DNA from: Leptolyngbyaceae cyanobacterium
GTDB taxonomy: Bacteria; Cyanobacteriota; Cyanobacteriia; Phormidesmidales; Phormidesmidaceae
Length of the DNA stretch: 64,000 nt
Assembly: GCA_965263355.1 (NCBI GenBank)
Contig: CBDHHL010000049.1
Coordinates: 184,059 to 248,058, forward strand
Reading direction: 5' to 3'
A program made the position numbers and the translations under genes. Of this stretch, positions 29,301 through 36,930 are shown one piece after another (positions within the stretch are counted from its first letter, which is position 1; every line of letters begins with the position of its first letter). Under the pieces are notes generated by a model. It had not been told where the DNA came from. It worked only from the letters and a program-made list of their open reading frames with translations, and did no database searches.

Positions 29301-31294
29301 CGATCGCGACCGCATTAGCCGATCAATCCCCGTCTTCGGTTCAGGCACTGACCCTGTTGCACTGGGGAACTGCGTTGCGGGCGCGAGGGGAGACGGAGCG
29401 CTCTCAACAGACCCTGGCATCAGCGTTGGCGGTAACCCAAACCTTAAACGAGCCCACCCTGACCAGTGCCATTTTGCTGAATCTTGGCCATACCGCTCAA
29501 GCTCAGGCCCACACGGAGCAAGCCCTGAGCTATTACCAAAATGCAGCGGCGACCGCTCCCACTGCCCTCGCCCAGTTTCAAGCCCAGGTCAGCCAGTTGG
29601 ATATCCTAGCCACTCAAGACGCTGCCGCCGCCAAGACTCTTGGAGCCGACCTAGCTCACACCCTACAGACCAATCCCTTGCCAACCAGTCGGGAGGGAAT
29701 TTATGCCCAGCTGCATTTAGCGGCAACGCTTCTGCAAACTGACGCCACACTGGCCTCGCCCGATCAAATCATGAACCTTCTGCTGACAGCTGACCAACAG
29801 GCCCAACGACTGAACGATACCCCTGCCCAAACCTACATCCTCGGCTATCAGGCCCAGGTCTACCGTCAGACGCAGCAGTGGGCCGAGGCGCAGGCTCTCA
29901 CTGAAGAGGCCTTACACCAGGCACAGATCCTCGAAGCCCCTGCGATGATTTATCAATGGGCGGAGCAACTGGGACAGTTACGTCGGCAGCAGGGCGATCG
30001 CGCTGGAGCCATTGCTGCTTATACTGAAGCCGTGAACGCCCTGGACACCCTACGGGGCGATTTAATCGCTAGTAGCGAAGATGCTCAATTCACCTTCCGC
30101 GACACGGTTGAACCCGTCTATCGTGAGCTGGTGAAATTGTTGCTGCAAGATGAGGCTGGACAACCGGTGGACCCAGCCAATCTCACCCAGGCCAGACGCC
30201 TGATTGAAGACTTGCAATTGGCTGAATTACAGGATTATTTCCAAGATGTCTGTGTGCAGGCGACGCCTATCGTCGCAGACGAGGTCGACCCGACCGCTGC
30301 TGTCATTTACCCCATTCTGTTGGACGATCGCCTGGATGTGATTGTCAGTGTGGCAGGTCAGCCCGTGCACCATCACAGCACCCCAATCTCAGCCGATCAG
30401 GTGGAACAAACGGCATACGAGCTGTTAGACACGCTCACCACCGCGTTAGGTTCTGGGCAAGCCAGCACAACCCAACAGTTACAGCAGGTCTACGACTGGA
30501 TTCTTGCCCCAGTAGAGGCCGCATTAGAACAACAACCGATCGAAACCCTCGTCTTTGTCGCGGATGGTGTTTTGCGGACGTTACCGCTCACGGCCCTCCA
30601 TGATGGTGAACAGTATTTAGTCGAGCAGTATAACGTGGTGCTCTCTCCCGGTCTCAATCTGTTAAACCCTCAACCGCTGCAACGGCAGGACTTACGCATG
30701 TTAGCCGGGGGCATCAGCGAATCTCGTCCAGGCTTTCCCCCATTACCGTTTGTCACCGATGAACTGCAGCAAATCACCACTCAAATTCCTGACCACCAGT
30801 TGTTAGTGAATCAAGACCTGACGCAAGCGAATCTTGCTGAGAGCTTAGCCACTGCCCCAGCCAGCGTTGTTCACCTGGCGACCCATGGCACGTTCGGAAC
30901 CAGTGCCGAGGACACCTTTATTCTCACCTGGGATGGCAAACTCAATATCAAGGAACTGAGCAGCCTCCTGCAAAGCCGCAATCGCAGCAGCAATATCCCC
31001 ATCGAGCTATTGGTATTCAGCGCCTGCAGAACCGCAGAGGGAGATAGTCGAGCCGTGTTGGGCATTGCTGGTATGGCCATTCGTTCAGGGGTGCGTAGTG
31101 CGCTAGCCGGATTATGGCCCTTAGACGACCGGGCCACAGCTGTGTTTATGGATCATTTTTACAAGGCTCTAGCTCAACCTGAGGTCACGAAGGCCGATGC
31201 GTTTCGTCAAGCCCAACTGGCACTGATGCAGGATTCTCGGTTTAGTACCCCCTATTACTGGAGCCCGTTTGTGATGGTTGGTAATTGGTTGTAA
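23312..31294 (+). CDS. Filamentous-haemagglutinin (TPS-domain) exoprotein fused to TPR and CHAT protease domains
   Basis: NLFHSFQEFNI, LFLLNPTGILFG TPS domain; GG.GG.I.I beta-helix repeats; PPC-like insert (DVDLYQI..DTQLFLF); TPRs; CHAT HLATHG, LLVFSACRTA, PYYWSPFVMVGNWL. Confidence 0.9.
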   Translation: MTNPHPIRKQAFLLRQKPRSWIEISDRCQALLLSRWAVTSVLAWPLGLFLSGVLFPTQPGVAQLIPDGSTGTQIQSGALVEGLPSDLIEGGTIRDSNLFHSFQEFNIESDRGVYFNPQNGILTILTRVTGGNVSNIDGTLGVLGSADLFLLNPTGILFGPDAQLDISGSFVGSTAESIFFENYEFSAADTDTPPLLTLSVPLGLRMGVNPGSLNVDQATLSVDQALTLAAGILDVSGDLQAGGDITLRGQERRLGEGAFTTGGYFLTQDLNGTNVDFLIPHENVIRADGDVQISDDYTGPSLYVLAGGQVTVGDGTGSVEITDAGDVPSSVTATIADGVGGTQAVTVSAIDEPTLDIRAGVDWSQLPGGAPGNENLSVAQVVFGNGTGISGVTSADIQIGEITNAGGRVALSNLFSPNETLAGAIQVDFIDTSTFIDASSNPQTGLVIGTDGGDILILGRGDVVTAELTSESNTILADEDGNDSDRDVIGGNGGEIAITTLSGDITASSLVAISSTINDSGRSTAGDSGDITLSSITGDITVTDTLNSSSYLQTAAGDVTGGTGGDVTFATGTGDITIAFLATAAIANTGVGDAVGGQSGNLSLRTTSGDITMSSPNVDTEPRVSASAVTQSIEGDVTGGTGGDIEISSSTGDITTTFLESVAFTQTEAGDAVGGQGGNLSFSTMTGDITMNATFTHNLLASYSNTITNLGNVQGGDGGRISVTTVSGNFRTVEVSPFSEPLVLRASSFAILGDDGTTEEIIGGNGGDILVSTVSGDVDTAFLASYSFSYASSELFSGNITGGNAGDIAISTVSGDVTAESIDAISLSGPSNGDVRGGDGGKITVSTATGDIALRQSDLDSFAFAPTGLAGNGGDIRITTEQGNLIGIGADIGIRDNFPSLRTFAVSQSSSGSGSGGNVTLAAQNQITNLNIFTPASEAEAGAVEINGSGDLVLDNVNTVTSGVIELDVPFEDVVSFEEGSIGQSGDVTITGANDLTFMNSRIESTTQGANPAGDVQISSPGLITFQGNSQISSNTNSRGNAGAIQLESDTGIVLTGSEVSLAAISNGDGSAGNIALNAPNIAVEQGAEISTITTADGSAGDIRLETETLTITNGSEILASSSGSGDGGEIVVEASTAVNLGEGVQDFAPIISVETSGAGRAGDITINTPIFTLSETARITATATETATNTEAGGSITLNASEMDLAGVVGIFAETEGLAPAGILTLQPFDANFDQGTPQFDPELNVTLAPGAEISASTSGIGQGGGLQIFAPEAITIVGPGRLAVETRGAGDGGDIEIRTQQLTLTDGVEISASSVPQAVPIIETTTVETVELVDASPDILEAGDAGQTLDTVQVVSDQPGTPLESISGSLSEDGDVDLYQIYLSGDGTFSASTVDLTRLDTQLFLFSAPDGLGIYRNDDDANCGGCFQSTLPAQNLLTPTEAGIYYLAVSEFANNPLAESGEEIFPNSFDDIEVDAIKAPTGPGGALPLEDWTGGVFDTGDYVISLTGVESGPIEITTITEIEEIIGFLEPDLELGDAGDINIFADSVDLTNGATLQTNTAGMGDAGTIALTIENTLNLERGEIAANTSATASGRGGDIEIDTGMAQLSDSRLTVNSQGQGIGGDILVVADSLFLKQGSVIDAATASSDGGNIDLNLEEVLLLSGQSEITATAGLAEGAGNGGDINIQSEFVIAALDGPNRIVANAFEGNGGNITIATTSLFGEEFLEISASSRFGLQGTVTLDSPDIDPARSLTELPTTLVDASNLIADACLVDGSHGRSQFVATGRGGLPTQPTSYPTGTFLLPDLGPLTTTPPNAPTTMLQEAQSWSVAANGDIVLAANPVNPLDRVLWDARQAYQQADYATAVTLWREAVETLAPSNDPLAYASTLSNLALAHHHLGEWEQAQSQIATIQHVLTPELATTTPWLVAQTLNTQASLQFAQGHAQAALDTWQQAVEAYALAGNAGGELRVRLNQTQALQSLGFYPRAEAQLEAIATALADQSPSSVQALTLLHWGTALRARGETERSQQTLASALAVTQTLNEPTLTSAILLNLGHTAQAQAHTEQALSYYQNAAATAPTALAQFQAQVSQLDILATQDAAAAKTLGADLAHTLQTNPLPTSREGIYAQLHLAATLLQTDATLASPDQIMNLLLTADQQAQRLNDTPAQTYILGYQAQVYRQTQQWAEAQALTEEALHQAQILEAPAMIYQWAEQLGQLRRQQGDRAGAIAAYTEAVNALDTLRGDLIASSEDAQFTFRDTVEPVYRELVKLLLQDEAGQPVDPANLTQARRLIEDLQLAELQDYFQDVCVQATPIVADEVDPTAAVIYPILLDDRLDVIVSVAGQPVHHHSTPISADQVEQTAYELLDTLTTALGSGQASTTQQLQQVYDWILAPVEAALEQQPIETLVFVADGVLRTLPLTALHDGEQYLVEQYNVVLSPGLNLLNPQPLQRQDLRMLAGGISESRPGFPPLPFVTDELQQITTQIPDHQLLVNQDLTQANLAESLATAPASVVHLATHGTFGTSAEDTFILTWDGKLNIKELSSLLQSRNRSSNIPIELLVFSACRTAEGDSRAVLGIAGMAIRSGVRSALAGLWPLDDRATAVFMDHFYKALAQPEVTKADAFRQAQLALMQDSRFSTPYYWSPFVMVGNWL

Positions 31295-31401
31295 GACTAC
31301 TGACCTGACCGCCATCATAATTGCTTTGGACTAATACCAAACTGTTGCCGCTTGGCAAGGAATTGCAATTTTTCCTGTTCTGTCTGAACCACTCCCTTCC
31401 C

Positions 31402-31504
31402 CCCACTAGTCCATGAAGCCAGGGCTGTTTATTGTCCGAAAAGGAAAGCCTTTCAATTTTTCTCTGGTGAACATGAAACAAACCTGCCCACTAGTCCATG
31501 AAGC
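31402..31504. mobile_element. 67-bp MITE-like element flanked by 18-bp direct repeats
   Basis: CCCACTAGTCCATGAAGC at 31402-31419 and 31487-31504; inner ends CAGGGCTGTTT and (reverse) CAGGTTTGTTT. Confidence 0.7.
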
Positions 31505-31831
31505 GATCCATTTTGCCTTCGAGTTCTATAACTTTTAGCAATACTATGTACTGGTCAACCCGAATAATCTCGTTGTCAAAACGGTGTTACAAACCATGCT
31601 CGAAGGTGGGAATTACTTTTTCTTTGCGATCTATGAACGGTTTGGGAATGTGACCACATTCAGGGCTGATCTTGGCTACAACGTACTGCTTAATCTCAGT
31701 ACAAACTGGGATCTCATTCAACAATCAACTACAACAGAGCCGCAATACGATCTGTTGCTTGAGCAGTTTGCCGAGGATTCCTCTTATCTATTTGGAAAAC
31801 TGCTGACTTGTGTCTGTCGAGATGATATCTC

Positions 31832-32601
31832 TTAGAGGAGTCCAATGAAAAAAGTATCCAATAGTTACCTGATACTATGTTGTTGCGGTGACGGGAATTT
31901 CAACGAACCATTTTTCTAATCCTGGCAGTTGACGGTGGCTTTGGCATCCATACTCAATCGTTTCGTTTGTTTGGAGTCGATGCCGACATCTTTGGTCTCG
32001 ATGTTGGTAAAGATGTCGTCGGTTTCGGGAATTTTTTTTGAGGTTTTGCTTTGACAACCTTGCGCAAGCGATACCCCATCCGGTTTAGGACATCGGCCAT
32101 CGTGCTGGGTGAGGGCAACTGGTCATCGTTAAAGCCTTGAGCGCTCAGATGGCGAATCGCCGCCGCCGCCGTCAGACGGGTATATCCGAGGGAGGTGCGA
32201 AAGGTTGGATCCTGTTGAGTATACGCCTCAGCCAACTTTCGCAGGGCGCTGGCCGCTTCCGGTTGACGATCCTCCCAGCATTTTGCCCCACCGGAAAAGG
32301 ACTGGGCACCCACGCAGATGATGCCGGTACGGTGTTCAGCTAACCCTAACGCCACGGTTGCGCGCCCCCAGCCAAACACGCTTTCTGTCTGACGTGGATT
32401 GCCTTGACAGTATTTAAGTGACATAGCGGCTTGAAACGCTCGACGCTTCGCTCCAGATAGCTGTGAGGACGCCAAGCGAAGATCAGCGATTTGGGAGGGG
32501 GATAACGGGGCATTAGCTGGAGGGGATTCTTTCATACAAGCTTGATTCCACTCTTTTCACCAGAGGATAGCATGGTAATTTAGTTCTCAGAAATCACCTA
32601 A
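31832..32601 (-). mobile_element. ISAzo13-family IS remnant with internally deleted transposase
   Basis: ORF 31954..32535 (DPTFRT..TRLTA..LNRMGYRLRKVVKAKPQKK); shift at an A-run continues IPETDDIFTNI...LSMDAKATVN, then jumps to LPGLEKWFVEI*. Imperfect terminal IRs beginning TTAG. Confidence 0.75.
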
Positions 32602-33297
32602 CCCCTTTGTAGGATAAGCCTACGGTTTGCTTACACAGCCATCAAGTTTTCTTGGTTTGTGTCTGCGATCACGGTGAAGTGAACCGATTGGGTATTAACT
32701 AAAGGATTCTGAGATTGTTTGATGCTGTGGCCCGGTGAGTTGTGGCGTTGGGCGATCAAGCTAGGGATGCTTTAAAACACAACAGCACCCAGAACGATCT
32801 AGCTGAGGAACTCTTCTACATTGGACAAGACTTTCTAGAGTTGTTCTGAGCAGATCAAGCCCTACTAGGAACAATACTCTCTAGTGCAAGCGAGAAGAAA
32901 TATCAGCGACCTGTTTGGATGCTATGTGTAGTCTGTCAAACGATGATATAAAGATATCTATCATTGACCTCCTTTGTTGTGGTTATAAGCTTTTCAGCTC
33001 ATGCCCTTAGCATATTTCTTAAGTGGAGAAATGTCTCTTCTCTGACATAAAGGTTAATGTTGTTAGCTTTTGTAACTGGTCAGTGAGGATGGTCTCTAGA
33101 CTGTTGTAGTTGATGACACGGCAAGAAGATAAGATTGAAATGCGTATGTTGTTAGTGGCTATCGTGATTTGCAGACTGTTTTTCAAAATAGCTGAGAGTG
33201 CTTGTTTGTGTGTAGTGTAGTGCGGATAATCGGTATTATACTGATTGTTCTGTCAAAGTAAGTGCTCAAAGTAGTTCTGTAGATTGTCAGCAAAAGA

Positions 33298-34257
33298 ATG
33301 AAAAAGCTCGGCTTTTATATAGTATTGGCTTGCTTAAGCATCGGTATTGCCCTATTGCCAGCTTATGCTGACCTTACAGTCGATACACAGCAGATTACGC
33401 TTGCTACCATTCGGAACCAGGCCCTGAGTAAGTCTCTCCGATTTACAACCGATGAGGACATTAGTAATTTAGTCATTACGCCATCTGATTTGGAGTTGGC
33501 AGATGGCAGAGCCCGAATACCGGCTAGTGAGGTTAAAGTATCTAAAATCAACACTCCGTTGCGTGCAAATCAGGCGATTAATCTGGAGCTTGGAATAGCT
33601 AGAGAATTTCTGAGTACAAGTGGTGAATTTACAGGCTCCTTATTGGTTCAATCCGATGACTCTAGTCAGCTGCTGCCCATTACTGTGAAAGTAAAGTCAA
33701 GGGCATGGCGAGCCTGGTTAGTGCTGTTAGCGGGGGTTGGCTTGGGTACTGGCTTGTCGGTATATCGGTCGATAGGTTTACCGAAAGATGAATTGTTGGT
33801 GCGAGTTGCTCAGCTTCGGTCTGAAGTGAGATCGGTTTCAGCGCCCGAAGTTCAATACTTTAAGGCTCAGACTGAGCGGGCATTGATTAGGCTTGAGACT
33901 GCGCTCAGTAATCAAGATTGGGCTCAGGCCGAAGCTAGTTTGTCAGAAGCGCAGACCATTTGGGACCGTTGGCTCGGTGGTCAGGCTGATTGGATAAAGC
34001 AAATAGGTTATCTAGAAGATCTGTCTCAGGAAAAAATAGACGTTACTCATCAATATGGCCAGTCAGTAAAGCATCAGCTCGATAAGATTAGGCGTCAGAT
34101 AGCGACCTATGCAACGCCCCAAGTCTTGGCTGATAAACTCTTTAGTGTACGTGGGCAAGTAGAGCGCTATAACCAGGGAGATGCGTTTGCCCTGGTTATA
34201 GCTGGAGTATCATGGGCTCACTTACTCCAGGTTAGCGGCGATGGCACGTTGGTTTAA
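33298..34257 (+). CDS. Secreted/membrane hypothetical protein (Ig-like domain, TM, helical domain), probably 3'-truncated
   Basis: Signal peptide, beta-rich domain, TM WLVLLAGVGLGTGLSVY; tail overlaps the next gene. Confidence 0.65.
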   Translation: MKKLGFYIVLACLSIGIALLPAYADLTVDTQQITLATIRNQALSKSLRFTTDEDISNLVITPSDLELADGRARIPASEVKVSKINTPLRANQAINLELGIAREFLSTSGEFTGSLLVQSDDSSQLLPITVKVKSRAWRAWLVLLAGVGLGTGLSVYRSIGLPKDELLVRVAQLRSEVRSVSAPEVQYFKAQTERALIRLETALSNQDWAQAEASLSEAQTIWDRWLGGQADWIKQIGYLEDLSQEKIDVTHQYGQSVKHQLDKIRRQIATYATPQVLADKLFSVRGQVERYNQGDAFALVIAGVSWAHLLQVSGDGTLV

Positions 34258-35782
34258 TACAGCAGGTCCTTGCAAGGTCGATCAGCATTATATGCTGCCG
34301 TCCTCAGATCGATTGCCTGCGTTAGGGCGGCTGATTGCTCAGCAAGGCTACTTCGTTATCCATGCGCCGCGTCAAACGGGTAAAACAACGGCCATGCTTA
34401 CCCTGGCGGAGCAATTGACCCAGCAGGGACGATATGCCGCACTGATGGTTTCGGTGGAGGTGGGAGCGGCCTTTTCTCAATCGCCTGAAAAAGCTGAGGC
34501 TGCTATTTTACGAGCCTGGACCGATGCTGCCAGTTTCTGGCTACCGGAAGACTTACATCCCCCTGACTGGAGTGGGTGTCATTCTATTGGTCAAGCGTTG
34601 CGGCTATGGTCAGAGCAGTGTCCTCGACCGATTGTGTTATTTATTGATGAGATTGATGCACTGCAGGATGATGCGCTGATATCGGTATTGCGTCAGCTGC
34701 GGGATGGCTATCCTCGACGTCCGAAGGGGTTTCCTCATGCGTTGGCGCTGGTGGGCCTGCGGGATGTGCGAGATTATAAAGTCTCGACGACAATTGCTCA
34801 GCGGTTAGGGACGGCGAGCCCGTTTAATATCAAGGTAGAGTCTCTGACGCTGAGAAACTTTACTGAGGCGGAAGTGGCCACTCTCTATGGGCAGCATACG
34901 GCGGAGACGGGACAGGTGTTTGCTGCCGATGCAATTCAGTGGGTCTATGGGTTAACCCAGGGGCAGCCATGGTTGGTGAATGCCCTGGCTCGACAAATGG
35001 TGGAGGAGCTGACCCCGGACCCGCAGACTGAGCTAACGGTAGACCATGTAGACCAGGCAAAAGAGATTTTGATTCGGCGGCAGGATACGCACCTGGATAG
35101 TTTGGCGGAGAGATTACGGGAGCCACGGGTGCGGGCGATTATTGAGCCGATGTTGGCGGGGCAGGAGTTGGGGCCTGTTTCTAATGAGGATATTCAGTTT
35201 GTTTTGGATTTGGGGCTGTGTGTGATGAGTCCCCAGGGTGGGCTGATCATTGCGAATCCGATTTATCGGGAGGTGTTGCCACGGGTGTTGGCGGTGCCGC
35301 CGATGGCATCGATGCCGCAAATTGCGCCCACGTGGTTAACGGCTGAGGGCACTCTGGATATAGATACGCTGCTGGATGCGTTTTTGGTGTTTTGGCGACA
35401 GCATGGAGAACCGTTGTTGCGTAGTGCGGCTTACCATGAGATTGCACCATATTTGGTGTTGATGGCGTTTTTGCATCGGGTGGTGAATGGTGGCGGCACT
35501 CTGGAGCGAGAATATGCGCTGGGTACGGGGCGGATGGATTTGTGTTTGTCTTATGGTGAGGTGCGGTTGGGGATTGAGCTGAAGGTGTGGCGAGATGGAC
35601 GACCGGATCCGGCGTTGGCAGGGGTGGATCAGTTGGTTGGGTATCTGCGGCGTTTGGGGGTAAGGCAGGGATGGCTGGTGGTGTTTGATCGTCGTCAGGG
35701 GCTGCCGCCGATTGAGGAGCGGGTGACGGTGGAGGATGTTCAAGAGGCAGAAGGGTTCGCGGTGACGTTAGTGCGAGCGTAG
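34241..35782 (+). CDS. AAA-family ATPase with C-terminal PD-(D/E)XK nuclease-like domain
   Basis: Walker A APRQTGKT, Walker B LFIDEID, C-terminal EREY..GRMDL...IELK. Confidence 0.88.
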   Translation: MARWFNTAGPCKVDQHYMLPSSDRLPALGRLIAQQGYFVIHAPRQTGKTTAMLTLAEQLTQQGRYAALMVSVEVGAAFSQSPEKAEAAILRAWTDAASFWLPEDLHPPDWSGCHSIGQALRLWSEQCPRPIVLFIDEIDALQDDALISVLRQLRDGYPRRPKGFPHALALVGLRDVRDYKVSTTIAQRLGTASPFNIKVESLTLRNFTEAEVATLYGQHTAETGQVFAADAIQWVYGLTQGQPWLVNALARQMVEELTPDPQTELTVDHVDQAKEILIRRQDTHLDSLAERLREPRVRAIIEPMLAGQELGPVSNEDIQFVLDLGLCVMSPQGGLIIANPIYREVLPRVLAVPPMASMPQIAPTWLTAEGTLDIDTLLDAFLVFWRQHGEPLLRSAAYHEIAPYLVLMAFLHRVVNGGGTLEREYALGTGRMDLCLSYGEVRLGIELKVWRDGRPDPALAGVDQLVGYLRRLGVRQGWLVVFDRRQGLPPIEERVTVEDVQEAEGFAVTLVRA

Positions 35783-35805
35783 ACGATGGGGCATCGTACT
35801 TTAGT

Positions 35806-36159
35806 TCAAAGCGGAATATGAATGATTTGGTCTTGAAATTCGCTGTCATCTGCCAACTCTGAAATCAAAATCAGATCGTCCAAAATAGCTTTAATGGTTG
35901 CTTTTGGGCGGAATGCCAGAATACCTGGGATATGTTTTCCTTCAGCCAGGTGATCGGCTAAGTGTACAGGCATGGAGGCCCGGTTATTGGTGACAAGAAT
36001 AAAGCCATGCTGTTCGCACCAGTCTAGAATCATGGGGTCCTGAGTGCCTCGTTCAGGTGCTGCTGGATCACCTATCATCCAGACGGTGAGTGATGGAGCT
36101 AGGCGAGATAGTTGAACTCGATAGAGTGTGGGTAAGTTCTCGTCAAGCAGAAACTTCAT
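35806..36159 (-). CDS. DUF5615 PIN-like toxin
   Basis: MKFLLDENL, D..IL.W, ILVTNN; overlaps DUF433 gene. Confidence 0.85.
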   Translation of the reverse strand: MKFLLDENLPTLYRVQLSRLAPSLTVWMIGDPAAPERGTQDPMILDWCEQHGFILVTNNRASMPVHLADHLAEGKHIPGILAFRPKATIKAILDDLILISELADDSEFQDQIIHIPL

Positions 36160-36502
36160 GGCCAGCAGACTGTTCGATAGAGACCGTAGATTGACGTTCT
36201 GCTTTTAACTGCATCAGTTGTTTTACGAATGGGCTTGGATTTTGGTCCTGGGCTTGTTCAGCTTGGAGGCAGTATTCTAGCCAAGTTTTGAGGTATTGAC
36301 TGATGTCGTCATGGCGATGCCAGTAGTATAGAACGGTGGCGTAAACTTGCTCCAGGGTCAAGCTGGTATAGGTTTTGGCGATTTCTTCGGGGGTGCGGCA
36401 GCGGTAAATGTATTCGTAGAGTATTGTTTCGATGCCGATACGGGTGCCTCTGAGCCGAATGTCGTTGTCGGCCAGGAAGTCGAAATAGGCTTCTAACTGC
36501 AT
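36143..36502 (-). CDS. DUF433 antitoxin
   Basis: IRLRGTRIGIETIL, TPEEIAKTYTSLTLEQVYATVLYY. Confidence 0.88.
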   Translation of the reverse strand: MQLEAYFDFLADNDIRLRGTRIGIETILYEYIYRCRTPEEIAKTYTSLTLEQVYATVLYYWHRHDDISQYLKTWLEYCLQAEQAQDQNPSPFVKQLMQLKAERQSTVSIEQSAGHEVSA

Positions 36503-36767
36503 GTGTCTGAACTCCAGCGGGTTAAGGCTCTTTTATTATAGAACTGAGATGCAGTAGGTGCGATCGCATAAAGGAGTCGGCAATCAGATCCCATAGAGGA
36601 GTCGGTAATAAGGTTACACCCACCCTGTTCTCCCTTGTCCATCCACCCATGCACTCATTCCCCCTAACGCTTCTGACATTCAGGAAACAGGCAGTATAGC
36701 GAAAACTTTTGCTGAAGTTGAATAAGTTCGGGGTATCAACTCTAGCCGGGAAATTTAGGCTGGGGCT

Positions 36768-36802
36768 GAAGTCGGAAATCAGAAGTCGGAAGTCGGAAGT
36801 AG
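36768..36802. repeat. Heptamer STRR (GAAGTCG)x5, degenerate
   Basis: GAAGTCG GAAATCA GAAGTCG GAAGTCG GAAGTAG. Confidence 0.85.
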
Positions 36803-36930
36803 ACCGGATTACAGGCTTTAATGACTGAACTGTAAATCCAGCAAAATGTCCCGCGTTAAATTGGTACCCTAAGTTCGGGCTGCTCAGCGCCATAGACTGG
36901 CAGCAACCTTTGATTGAGGCTTCCTTGTCT

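Noticed and set aside
31584..31835. 83-aa ORF between the MITE and the IS remnant
   Set aside because: No recognisable motif and it ends at the IS boundary; may be a gene fragment but cannot be supported.
35247..35849. 200-aa Pro/His-rich minus-strand ORF
   Set aside because: Antisense to the G/T-skewed AAA gene; compositional artefact.
36522..36893. 123-aa minus-strand ORF
   Set aside because: Spans STRR repeats (SDFRLLISDF) in the divergent promoter region; no protein-like features.
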